Positions 23,753-35,528 of a DNA stretch of 50,369 nt are shown one piece after another (positions within the stretch are counted from its first letter, which is position 1; each line of letters begins with the position of its first letter). A program made the position numbers and the translations under genes. The notes beneath the pieces were generated by a model, which saw only the letters and a program-made list of their open reading frames with translations, did not search any database and was not told the origin of the DNA. Source of the DNA: Malacoraja senta (lineage: Eukaryota); assembly GCA_038087875.1 (NCBI GenBank), contig JAXLNO010000255.1:1-50369 (forward strand), in the 5' to 3' direction.

Positions 23753-25179
23753 GTAAGGGTAGGTGACTCATTAGAACTAGGCATGATTTGGTGACTCAAG
23801 GTACTGCAGATGATGTAATATTGTGCAAAACACCAAGTAGTGCTGGAGCAATTAAGCGGGCCAGGCAGCATCTGCGGAGGTAATGGACAGACAACATTTT
23901 GGATCGGGACCCTTCTTCAGACTATCTGCACATTGAGTTCTTCCAGAACGTTTGTGTTTTAGCCATTATATGATGTGGTGGTTCCCTGTGAAATACTGCG
24001 GTTCTTTCAATGAATCCTCGCCGTCGGCTGGGTAAATGGTCACATCACAGAACAAACCGCTAGAGAGGGAGCAAAATGCCATGTGCAGGAGGAACTCAAG
24101 GAGCCAGTCAGCGTCTGCGGTGGGAGAATTGACAGACAACGTTTCAGGTAGGGACCTTTCTTCGGACTGAAGCTCAGACTCAGACTCTTCAGACTCAGGC
24201 ACTACATGATTTTATGAACCCCAGTCAGGTCGCTCAGGGAGGGAAATGGCATGGATACCATTGGCCTTTTCTTTTTCTGTTGTGGCGACGGGTGCAATAA
24301 TTTCACTGTGCAGTGCATACGTGACATTAAAGAACCATTGAACCATTATAAGGAATCGTTCAATCTCGACTGGGGTTGAAATTCAGTCAGCATCTATTTC
24401 AACAGAGGACCAAATGCAATCCACACTGCAGCTCCCTAGATTCATCCGGCGTAATCATCAAGATAAGAGCTGATTTATTCTAACCTTTGTCGTATTCAAA
24501 TCAGATTGTTCATTCGGTAGTTCTTAGCGTGCTCGGGCTATGGACTCCCAGCCTTTCCAATTTTACGAAGTTCTGAGCAGACGAAAATATATCAGATGGT
24601 CTTTCATGTTGGAAGATCTTCACAGCTATTCACAGTACAAAAAAACACTTAAACTCAACACAAAAAACACTCTTTATCACAGAAAGAGAATCAGATTAAC
24701 AACACGAGATCTCAAACCACCAATATCACGGGAGAAGGCAGGACGGGAGATGGCGAGTCTACCTTTAGTGCTTGCTTTCCACGTTAAACAAGAAGACAGA
24801 AATCTATTAAACGAGATCAAGTTGAAGTTAGGATGGGTGCAAATCCAAAATAACGAGGTGAGTGAAAGAGGCCGAATATGCAGCTATAGAATGGGATTAA
24901 AAATCAAACAATTGTTTCAAAACCACTAAATTTCTCCAGATTCCAACACCTCTAACACCAAACGAGAAAGGGGGAAATTGTGATGAATCACGGTGTCCAT
25001 GTAGGTCCAAAGAGCTTAATAACGACTCGGCGACAGAAATATTGTTTTTAGCTTCAACCCCGTGGTCTCTTTGGCGAAGTATTGTGTGTGTTCAGGGTTA
25101 GACGTGGAGTAGAATGGCCACATTTAAAAGACATTGTATTTTCCAGACAAGAAAAAATTAAGTGACGGGCAACTTTTAT

Positions 25180-25196
25180 GGGGGGGGGGGGGGGGG
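25180..25196 (+). repeat. Poly-G (17); a poly-C (21) lies at 25932-25952
   Basis: Directly visible homopolymers. Confidence 0.95.
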
Positions 25197-26479
25197 TCGT
25201 GTGTGGGGTGAGAAACACACGGGTTTAAAGGTCGGACACTTATTTCAAAGGGTGCAGCAGGAATAATGGGCCGAAAGACCTCCTCTGCGCTGTTGAGTTG
25301 TACCGCTGGAACTAATGGAGGCAAATCCGGTCACCGAGACCATATTATTACATCGTCTATGCTATAAATGTAATGTTGTGTAGCGCCGCGCCCGGGCATC
25401 GTCCAGACGACAGAGGTGCTAATTGTGTCTTTTAAATAGATAAATATTTGAAACGTTTGAGTAATTGAGGGCTATGGGGATATGGCACAGAGGTGGAGGC
25501 CAGCATAGACCAGTCATGATCATACTGGATGTCAGGGCGGGTTTGAGGGGCCGAGAGGCCTATTTCTGCTCATATTTCCACGTGTTTTATTGCCGGGCGG
25601 TGAGATCACCTGGGCTGCACTGGACCAGATTAATAATTAGTAAAACGAGCCGAGATTTCTCCACCTCGGGACTGACTGGTAACCCCGATACAACTTGCTC
25701 ATGTCTACAGTAACAATAGCAGGTGTAGGCCTCATATTTAAACCAGATAATAATAAGTCAAGGACAAGCAATCTGTCGACGATAGCTCACTGTTGCGTTT
25801 AGTCGAGTAAGAGGGGCGGATTGAAACACGTGAGATCCGGAACTGTCTTGGCAGGATAAATGTGGTGAGGATTTTTCTCGTCGGAGAATCGAGAAGCGGG
25901 GATCATTGATCAAATATAAAGACAGCACCAACCCCCCCCCCCCCCCCCCCCCTTAAAACAGAGGCCAGGCCATTTTTCTCTCTCTCAACGCCTGGGACAC
26001 TTTGGGACTCTCTTCTCCAAGGGAGAATGGAAGCAAAACCTTTCAATATTTTTCATGGCAGAGAGGCAGAGATGGACAAACCCTCGTTCAGCCCAAGAGG
26101 GCGAACGCTTATCGTGGGAACACGGGAACGCGGAGTAGAGGCTACAGTCAATTCAGCCTTAATCTCATTGAACGCTAAGAAGACACAAGTAACTACAGCC
26201 ACTGGAATCTTAAACAAAACACTAAGTGCTGGAATTACTCCAACCTTAGTGTTTTGAACGCTGAGAAGATTTGAGCGGTTGACTTTGGGCTGAACTGTCT
26301 ACTCCTACTCTTAATTTGCACGCTTGTACTGACTAATTAAATTGAAGGTCGATATTTTATGAAAACTCCCCCATCTTTGTTCTCCGATCCTGCAAAAACT
26401 AACCAACCAATATTCATGTTTAATTATAAGGATAAAATAAATGTAACACTGTAACACTAAGTCGTGCGCTGTTACCTAC

Positions 26480-26594
26480 CTTTATTATATGGCCTCTGTT
26501 GTTGAAGTAAAGCGACACGGTAATAATCTTCCGTCAATGTCCGTTTCGAATTTTAGCACATATAGTTAAAGATTTCTGTTTCAATTTTATTTCG
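26480..26594 (-). ncRNA. Candidate non-coding exon (115 nt)
   Basis: The minus strand reads ctaatatgagtgattttttttAG|cgaaat...aataaag|GTAGGT. Stop codons occur in all three frames. Confidence 0.4.
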
Positions 26595-27412
26595 CTAAAA
26601 AAAATCACTCATATTAGTTGATTACTTGAAGGTGTTGCCGCATTTAATAGTAGCCACAATGCAAACGTATACAGACTACTATCATTGACATATACATTGA
26701 TACAGTCATATTTGCACAGGCGTGTAGAAATACACACGTACTGGACACATAGGTAAAGCAAATATATGTATATATAACACATATATAGAGGTACATACGT
26801 TAAAGCCACGCCTGTAGGCACACACACTCGCATACTAACAAGATAACTTTGCACATATTAAACATACAAACATACGATTCCCACATATATAGGAATAAAC
26901 AATCGCAGAAATACATAATCACAACATGTTCACGGGATTCTGTTCACAGCCGTGCCGAAATATTGATGTAAATAATTTTATTGGGAGATGACACAGATGT
27001 CCCAGCGAGGCGGAGTCTGGCCCGAAATTATAACTTTCGCGTTGTTTGATTGGAATGATTCCCGAGTGTTTCCCACCAAGTATTCATTTACGCCGTTAAA
27101 AAAGGAATACATTGACATATACAATGACATGTGTTTTTCGTGATTGGTTTAGTCTGATTTGCTGGAAATGCAAAATACCACAATACCACAGTATTCTCGC
27201 TTGTGGTACAGAGTCTCTAAGACAGATCGGTTTCACAATATAGACGAAATGTCTGTGTGAACCTAAGATAGACACAAAGTGCTGTAGTAACTCAGCGGGT
27301 CAGGTAGCATCTTTGGAGAAAAAGGATGGGTGATGTTTCGGGTCGGGACCCTTCTTCAGACTGTTGGTACCTGGTCAGTGGTGAGATGTGAACCTCAAGC
27401 CGGTGTACTTAC

Positions 27413-27461
27413 CGTCTCTGTGTTTCTAAATAGAAACACTGAATCGCGAGTCATCAGCCAT
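27413..27461 (-). ncRNA. Candidate exon (49 nt)
   Basis: The minus strand reads cacttctttgcacgttttttcgccAG|atggctg...agagacg|GTAAGT. Confidence 0.4.
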
Positions 27462-29349
27462 CTGGCGAAAAAACGTGCAAAGAAGTGCATGTTTGCATCG
27501 CGCACTCGGATTGCAGAGCTAATGTTTAGGAATTTAGTTTAAATATCGTGCTGGTTAATTTGTTTCATGGAACATATGCTCGAAAGAAGGGGGTTCCTGA
27601 TCCGAAACATAGCCTGTCCATTCCCTCCACATATATTGTCTGGCCCACTGAGTTCCTCCAGCACTTTGTGTTTCGTTCAAGATTCCAGCATCTGCAGTTC
27701 CTTGGGGTCTCTGTAGCTCTCATAATTTTATTTATGCCCATAAAACGCGAGTTTCAATCTATAACGAACATAGCTCGGCCTGGCTGCCTTTAGAATATTT
27801 AGAATATTGTTTAGGATATATCATTAGTATTTCAGCGTTAATATACATTGGATATGAATACCTTCTGTGTTGTAGTTCGATGGGTCCAAACAGCCTTCTT
27901 CTGCGATGTGGTTCTGTGATTATTGTCAGTAGTTCTATAATCACCATGTCTCATCCAAGTGTCTACTTTCTGCGTTGTTCTCAGACGTGCCGGCAATTTG
28001 CTGGCAAATTTGCAATCTGAAAAATATAGTTTTCACTCCCCATTGGAATGGCAGCTTTACTTTTGCACACTCATTGTCAGATAGGGAAAAAAACATATCT
28101 GAAGGGGAAAATATTACAGGGAATCTAGAGAAGCCTCGTGTATGGATTGGCTCGTTCAATGAACCGGCTCAGACACACACAAAAACCCCTGCTCTGCGCA
28201 ATCCTGATTCAAACTGATTTTTTTTAAAATACTGCTTCAGTTATAACATTGAGTGTATATTACCCCGCGTAGCACCGCAATATTTACTGGGCAGCTATGA
28301 GGCAATATGAATTGAATGTTGCCTTGCGGTTCCACACTCACCATATTTTGACTTAACACATGCAATGAGTTACATAGAAGATTGAATACAGGAACAGGCC
28401 CTTCGGCCCGCAATATCTGTGCAGAACATGATGGCAAGTTAAACAAATATCCTCTTCGTCGCTGGCAGCGAGTTCCAGGAACCCACTTGTAAAAAAAACT
28501 TACCCCAAATCTCTCGTTTAAATTTTGCCCTCTCACCTTAAGGCTAAAAGTGTTTTTTTTTTTTTAAATTGTTGCACGCAATTCAATCCCATAATCTCCT
28601 TACTTTGGAGAGCGGGCAGTGAAAGTAGTTTTTGTTAACACTGGAATGTATTTGACATGTGGACATATTGGACAAAGCAATCACAGCGTGAGTGCGCGCA
28701 TACAGCTTGCAAGTCAGAGCTGAAGATTACTCTTTCCGGTCTCTGATCAGCGATTCATTCAAGCACTTGTAACTTCAAAAGCTACCAATACTGGAATCGG
28801 AAAGGAATTCTCTGTACAGCATGATGTGATTTAATGTGGAAAATTCAATGTAAGTGGACAGAAAGCATGAAGTAAGTACTCCGCGTCTTGGAGAGAGGCA
28901 GAGTGAAGGTGTCAGGTCAATAACTTTCCTCGGGGAACCGAGAAAAGTTAGAAATCACAGTCGCGGAGAAGAAGAGAATGTCTGTGATGGACCGGAGAGA
29001 GAGAGTGGATGTAGATACAAGGAACTGCAGATGCTACACTCTTGATCAAAACACAAAGTGCTGGAGAAACTCAGCGGATCAGGCAGCACCTATGCAGAGA
29101 ATGGACAGACGACTTTTCGGGTCGAGACCTTTCTTCAGTGAATGACACCCGTGTTGTCATGGTACAGGCTTATATACAAATGACTGAACTGTCAGGATGA
29201 GCTGTAAGGGTGAACAAAGGAGAATAAACTGGAGATTCAAGAAACTAGTTGCTGGAATCTCGAACACAACAAAGTGCTGGAGGATAGACACAAAATGCTG
29301 GAGCAACTCAACGGAACAGGCAGGATCTCTGGAGAGGGAAGGAATGTTT

Positions 29350-29377
29350 GACGTTTCGGGTCGAGACCCTTCATCAG
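29350..29377 (-). ncRNA. Minimal type I hammerhead ribozyme core in a Penelope-derived unit (best-preserved copy)
   Basis: The minus strand reads CUGAUGA-A-GGGU(CUCG)ACCC-GAAA-CG-UC: conserved core, 4-bp helix II and palindromic ACGU helix III. Confidence 0.6.
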
Positions 29378-31180
29378 CACCACGACGTTTCGGATGGGAA
29401 CAATTCTTCCGAATAAAGTAGAACAGGGTGGAACTATGAGATGCAAAAACAATTGCGACTGCGGGGAATGGAAAATAAATAGAAATACTCAACAGGACAG
29501 GCAGCATCTGTGCAAAGCAGAGTTGGTGTACTGTTGATGACCTGTTATCACAGCTTGTATCATATCATAGCTATGACCCTGACTGGAAACATCGGTGATC
29601 TGAAATTGTGTGGAAAAGAACTGCAAATGCTGGTATATACCGAAGTGATCTTTAGTGATCTGAAATTGTCGAATTCAATATTGAGCTATTAACAAACCTT
29701 CGACACAATCTCAGCCGGTATCGCCAACGCCACAACTTGTGCTATCCAACCACTTTTCCCTTCCACCTCATCCTTTCCGCCCTTCCACTTTCTTTCAACT
29801 TTATTTGATTTCCAACCTTTTCTAATCATGTATAAAACGTTCATCATCAACGTTAAGTCTGCTCCGCTCACCATTTCTGCTGCATGACCTGCTGGATTTC
29901 TCCAGCATTTTCTACTTTTATTACCTGCAGAGCACCGGAATGTGGACATGATCGGGTCTGTGGATGCTCCTCTAGTTTACTGTCAGGGGGGAAGTCTTTG
30001 GGAGTTTGCTGGAGTAGGTGCCGGGACAGGGGCTTCCTCGTTTGGGAGCCTTAAGGGTTGGAGCCATCACTGTCAACCCGGGGCGACACCTCGTGGCGTT
30101 TGTTGGACATGGCAACGTGTTGCCGTGGAGTTAGTTCAGCGTTGAATATCTCCACCCCAGCAAGGTTTATCCCGCAGGTCTGCATTTGTTGAGCGGACGA
30201 CTTCTTCACCGAATATTTTATGACACACATTTAAATCAAGGGAACAAATTGTTTACGGAGTAATTTTCAACAGCGAACGTGCATTTTAATTTTAATTCCC
30301 ACTTGTCTCTCAAAATGTAATCAGAGTGAATGTCCAATTCCAAAGGACGTGGTGAGGGTTGGTGAAAGATTCGAAATAGAGCTTTCCTTCGTCTCAGTCA
30401 AGCTTGTCACGACTTTTAAAAGGCTTTATAAATATCCCACCCTGACAGTAATACCCCCAAACAACTATTTTAAATGTTTATCCAACTCGCATTAATACCA
30501 GCGCCGTTTCCCTGTGATGTTTAATTAGTGTCAGCAGGTATTTATGTATTTAATGAATGTGACAGGGACTGTACATAAAACTGCACTGGATCAGGTCAAT
30601 GTAACCTGCCACTGCACCTGCGCTACTCACAATGCAAACACAGCTAATACAAAGCAATTATCGCACAAACACTATCAAACCACATACACATATGTACAGT
30701 AAATAAATCCGATACATCATTATCCCAAACATTTTTTGGCCGTTAAAGCAGGACAACAACGACCCAGGAAATTAAAACATTTTAAACAGCTGCAGATTAT
30801 GGCAATCTGAAAAGGGACCAGACAAATGTTGGAAACTTTCGTATTTTGGGGTATTTTTAAAGCAAAGATTGATGGGTTCATGATTAGTAAGGTCATCAAG
30901 GGTTATGGAGAGAAGGCAAGAGAAAGGAGTTAAGAGGGAAAATAGATGAGCCATGATCAGAAGGTGGAGCTGACTCCATAGGCCTAATACTGCTCCTATG
31001 TCTTATGATCTTATGAAACACAGGGCAGGTCAGTAAGTTAAAGCTGTGAAATGTGGGTCCGAATTTTGAGAAATGCCCAGAAGATCAGTTAGTGTTCGTG
31101 AACAGAGTAACACTGAGTTAATATTACAGATGAATAACATACTTCAGAAGTAACCAGCTCTGATACAAACAGGCAAAACA

Positions 31181-32024
31181 TCTATATATTACTAAAACTC
31201 TCATCTTGTTTGTTAGTATGTCCGTGAGTCTGTCTGTGTGTCTATAGTCTGATCCTGAAACTACGCCAAAACAGTACACGATAGCGCTATAATTTTTGGC
31301 CCACCTTACTCACCATTGTCCTGTGGTCTGTTGTATCGTTTTGTTCAGATTGATGGTATATTCTACAAGTTATTCACATTTTAAACTTTAAAAAACCTCA
31401 CTTTGACCAAAATCTCTTCCATCTGCACTGGCAGTTAGCAGCGTATGACATCACAATGGGATCTCGTTTACATAAACTGCCCGTCAGCAGTGTTCCACCC
31501 CACAATGACATCACAATGGCATCTCATTTACATTTTAAAAAACTCAGTTTAAAAAAAAACTGCCTGTCAACAATGTTCCACCCCACAATGATATCACAAT
31601 GGGATCTTATTTACATTTTTTAAATGTTTTCAAAAACACAGCAGCTTCCACCTCACAATGACATCAAGGGGGGTAGGGAGGGGAGAGGGGTTATGGAGGG
31701 AGGGAGTGAATGAGGGTAGGGGAAAGGAGAGGGAGAGAGAGGTGAGGGAGGGAGTGGGGGAGTTGAGGAGGAGAGGGAGGGTCAAGAGGAGGGGTATGAA
31801 GTGCTGGGTATGGGGGAATGGAGGATAGGGGTAGGAAGAGGCATGGCGAGGTGCATTTGGGGAGGGTTGCCGTTACTCATGTCACAACGGGGATCTCTGG
31901 CATCACAACGGGGACCCATCAGCCGCGCCTGCGCAGTTGGGGGCTATGGGTGAGTGGTGGAATATTGCGTTGGGGGACCAGCCCTCCCGTGTGACAGGGA
32001 CCCAACGGGTCCCACTTGGTCTAG
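31181..32024 (+). mobile_element. Non-autonomous Helitron (844 bp)
   Basis: Inserted between A (31180) and T (32025). It has a 5' TCTATATATTA start, a 3' CTAG, and the hairpin gggaccc-aac-gggtccc (31997-32013). No TSD. Internal atgacatcacaatg repeats and a G/A-rich tract. Confidence 0.9.
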
Positions 32025-32299
32025 TGTACCCTAAAATTGTGGAATGTGATATTGAGACCTGAACCGTACCATGTGCACAGAGGGAAGCTTAGGTGCTTTT
32101 ATTCAAGGTTATGTTGGCCTTCACTAGTACATTGCAGAAGTCACCAATGGACAGATCATAATGGGCATTGGATGGTGAATAAACCCGGACAAATTGAAAG
32201 TTTACTACGTTTCTCTTTCCACAGATGCTGCCTAACCTGCTGAGTGTTTCCAGTATTCTCTAGTTTTACTTCATTAATCTAAATACCGTAGATGGTTGT

Positions 32300-33600
32300 G
32301 TGTGCTGTAAATGTCCTCACTGTCCACTTTGCATGGCCTGGGATTTTACCATTGCAACTGCTCTGTGGTAGAGATCAAATTTTTGAAAAATTGTAAGGGG
32401 CATTGGCAAGATGAAGCAGTGGGCACTGTAAGTTGGTGGGATGCTCTGTCCTAGATGGTTGCTGTTAGAGCTCCATCCATTCTGTCAAATGGAGAGCATC
32501 CCATTGAATTCTTGACTTGTGCTTTATGAATGATAAAAAATACTTTGCTAATTCAGATGAATATGTCACTTGGTCTCAGAAAAGCCAAGTGTTGATCTGG
32601 TCCAGTTGAGGTTTGGAGCAAGATGATGATGGGAGTGGGGGTAGTCTTGGCCACTGGTAAATATGTTAAATGTCAGAGGGCAAAGGTTAGACACTCTCTT
32701 TTTGGAGATAATCATGGTCTGAATCTTCGTGATGTAAATGTTACCTGCCTCTTATCAACCTATACACGTTGTTGTATGTAGGCATCGGCTGTTTGACTAC
32801 CAGCTATTCAAACATAACTGAGTACTGTGGATGCATCAAAGAACATCATCATTTTTATAGATAGATAGAGAGATACCGTAAGGAATCAGGACCTTTGCCC
32901 CACAAAGTCCACACTGATCATTAATCACCCATGTACACTAATCTGGCACTAATTTAATCCAACTTTATTCTCTCCATGTTGTTATCGCCCCCCAGATTCT
33001 ACCACTCACCTACACTCAAGGGACAATTTACAGAGGCAAATTTGCCTACCAACTGGCAGGTCTTTAGGATGTGGGAGGAAACCGGAGCACCAAGCGCAAA
33101 CCCAGGTGGTCACAGGGAGAACGTGCAAACTCCTCACATACAGCACCCAAGGACAGGATTGAACCCAGCTCTCTGGTGCTGCAAGGCAGCAGCTCTACCA
33201 GCTGCGCCACTGTGTAATCTGCTAAATGGGAGCAAGGATAACAATGAGGCAATAATGACAAATGGGTGAAGTGTATTGTCCTGAGGATCTCTTGCTGACA
33301 TGGTGAGATTGACCGACCAACCACCTTACATTATGGTGAATATGACTCCCGCCAGTGAGTGTATTTTCCTTGACTCTCATGATCTTCAATTTGATTTGAC
33401 TTTTTGATGCGACACTGTGTTACATCATGTCTTGATGACACATCTGCAATTCAGTTCTTTGTCCAATGCAAAGTTTTATTGATGTCTCGAGCAATGAGGT
33501 GCGAGAAAATACCAAACTGAGCATCACCTAGCAGTTTATCTTGAAAAAAGAGTGACATGATAGGATTGTCAAGTGCACGTTGCTGACAATTGAAATTGGC
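32300..33600 (-). mobile_element. Very old CR1/L2-group LINE RT remnant (interrupted by a SINE)
   Basis: The reverse complement near 32660-32760 reads approximately VDKRQVTFTSRRFQTMIISK, like the W.DKWQVTF...K.Q.M.IS motif of RT domain 7. The extent is uncertain. Confidence 0.4.
32858..33212 (-). mobile_element. HE1-type SINE
   Basis: Antisense copy ending ...agcagctctaccagctgcgccactgtg; colinear with 12471-12803. Confidence 0.8.
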
Positions 33601-33979
33601 CACTGATAGGCCAATAATTCGATTGCGGATTGGAAAGCTTTTGTCAATTTTATGCTTTATCCATTAGATGACAGAGTTGCAGGTAGTTCTCGAATGTGAG
33701 CCTTCACCACTGTTGTCATGAATGATCACCTTTGCTCATTCTGGCACACTAAACCATTTCTTACGTAGAGTGCCTCGAAATGGCCAAAGATTGGCTTCTC
33801 TGATGATGTGAACATGTGTATGTGGACATATAACTATAAATGCAAATACTTACATGCATGTAACCATACTTGCATTAATATACACAGCAAGTATGTACAA
33901 ATAATTAACCTGATACACAGGTACACAAATGTCATACATATGTAACCTATGGATGTACATGTATCCATACAACTGTATG

Positions 33980-34382
33980 GTGGAAGTCAAAAAGAACGTA
34001 GGTTCAATATACATGATCAGGTTTGTGTTCTCAGCCCCCCTTACAATGCAAACAAATGGGAGGTGGGAACAGTAGTTGATGTATGTGGTACCAGGAGGTA
34101 CTTGGTAGAAATTGGAGGACGTGTTAGAAGTGTGCACATAACCATATGATTCCAGCAAGGGATGAACCGGTACAAGAGCAAAGCATAGACGAAGAAGCAG
34201 ATCTGTCAGACTTTGGTATTATTCCAAGTTCAGATGTAAGAGCAGAATCTCCAAAGAAAGGAGAGACAAAGGTAAATGATCCTGAACTTGACTCACCTTT
34301 AGAACCATAACCTGACACCCCCCCTAAACCACTCAGGAGATTGGAAAGAGTGCGTAAACCAGTCGTCAGGTTAAATTTATGA
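33980..34382 (+). mobile_element. Gypsy LTR-retrotransposon pol C-terminal remnant
   Basis: ERRFNIHDQV...KWEVGTVVDVCGTRRYLVEIGGRVRSVH, then after a frameshift and stop an acidic linker and PLRRLERVRKPVVRLNL*, the typical post-integrase terminus. Confidence 0.7.
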
Positions 34383-34735
34383 AATTATTCTTGTTTGTCT
34401 AATTTACTCTCAGAATTATACTACTGATAGTCTTTACTCTCAGAAATATACTAATTACCACTGTGGCAATAAACAGTGTAATTATCAACATCTTCATGAT
34501 ACATTGTAGATAGTAATACAGTTGATGAACGTGTTGCAGAGGTTTCATGGTATATGTACATAGCAAACCATCATGCTTTCTCAACCTGATGTCTATGGTA
34601 GAATCAGGAAACACTGTTAGAAACATTATCTAAACAGTACTCATTTTGGATGGGATCTATCCAATACTCAGAAATGAAGCCCTCACCTGTCGCATACTCA
34701 TCTGTCTAACACAGCTTGTCCATCTCTCATCTATA

Positions 34736-35245
34736 TAATGGAGAAACAAGGAACTACAGATGCTGGTTTACAAAAAAAGACACAAAGTGCTGGAGTAAAT
34801 TAGCGGGCCAGATAGCATCTCTGGAGAACGTCAATAGGTGATGTTTCGGATCGGGACCCATCTTCAGACGGACGGATTGTGGTGGTGGGATGGGGGAACA
34901 AAGGCTAGAGATGAAAAGAAAGAATGTGTGAGACAAAAGTGTTGCAAATTGTGAAGCTAGAGGAGACAATGGTAGAGGAGGGGGAGAAACAGGCGTGAGT
35001 CCAGGTGGGGCACAGGGGTGGAAAAAAGGGGTGGGGGTAGAAGGAGGGGTGGTTGTAGTTACCTAAAATTGGAGAATTTAATGTTCATACGGTTGGGTTG
35101 TAAGCTACCCAAACGGAACATGAGGTGCTGTTCCTACAGTTTACACGTGGCTTCACTCTAGCAAATGAGACGCCAAGGGCAAAAAGGTCAATGTGGGAAC
35201 GGGAAGAGGAGTTAAAATGGTTAGCAACCGAGAGATCCAGGAGGC
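34736..35245 (-). mobile_element. Penelope-like element 3' fragment (GIY-YIG C-terminus, 3' UTR, hammerhead unit)
   Basis: The minus strand of 35245-35058 reads LDLSVANHFNSSS.SH.DL...EATCKL*EQHLMFRLGSLQPNRMNIKFSNFR*. A pyrimidine tract and gtCTGAAGAtgggtcccgatccGAAAcatcacc (34838-34869) follow. Confidence 0.8.
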
Positions 35246-35465
35246 CTCTAGTGTGTAGGGAGTGGATGTGAAAGTGGGATAAGATAGAACAGGTGATCGA
35301 TGGTCAATGTGGAATTATTGGGCTGAAGGGCCTGTTTCCATACTCTACCTTTCAATCAATCAACCTTCCTACAGATGCAGTCTGTCCTGCTGAAATCTTA
35401 GCATTTTCTATATCTCATATTAGCTTATAGGACAGTCGCCTGTGAAACGCAAAATGTGGTGATCT

Positions 35466-35528
35466 TAGTTTAGCTTAGTTTTAGTTTAGAGATACAGCGT
35501 GGAAACAGGCCCATCAAAACATTGAGTC
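35466..35528 (-). mobile_element. HE1-type SINE tail (host of the L1 insertion; continues at 40519-40746)
   Basis: ttagtttagagatacagcgtggaaacaggccc...gagtc resumes as gagtccacgctcaccactgat... after the L1. Confidence 0.8.

Larger units (their letters stand above)
24000..30550. promoter_or_regulatory. CpG-retaining domain (candidate non-methylated island / promoter region)
   Basis: CG dinucleotides are visibly frequent in unique sequence and old repeats here, but scarce in flanks such as 7-11 kb and 47-50 kb. GC box ggggcgga at ~25812. Not computed. Confidence 0.5.

Noticed and set aside
24763..24803. 41-nt minus-strand candidate exon (donor GTAGAC)
   Set aside because: Both splice sites are weak.
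24540..24929. 129-aa plus-strand ORF with an internal GAG|GTGAGT donor
   Set aside because: No recognisable homology or partner exons; compatible with chance.
29925..30185. Minus-strand frame MQTCGINLAG...NP*GSQ...ALQ ending at a donor
   Set aside because: It has an internal stop, no recognisable homology, and joining it to the next candidate exon stops after 11 codons.
31445..31670. Repeat-spacer-like pattern suggestive of CRISPR (also 4660-4790)
   Set aside because: Eukaryotic context, spacers are related to each other, periods are irregular and there are no cas genes; these are minisatellites.
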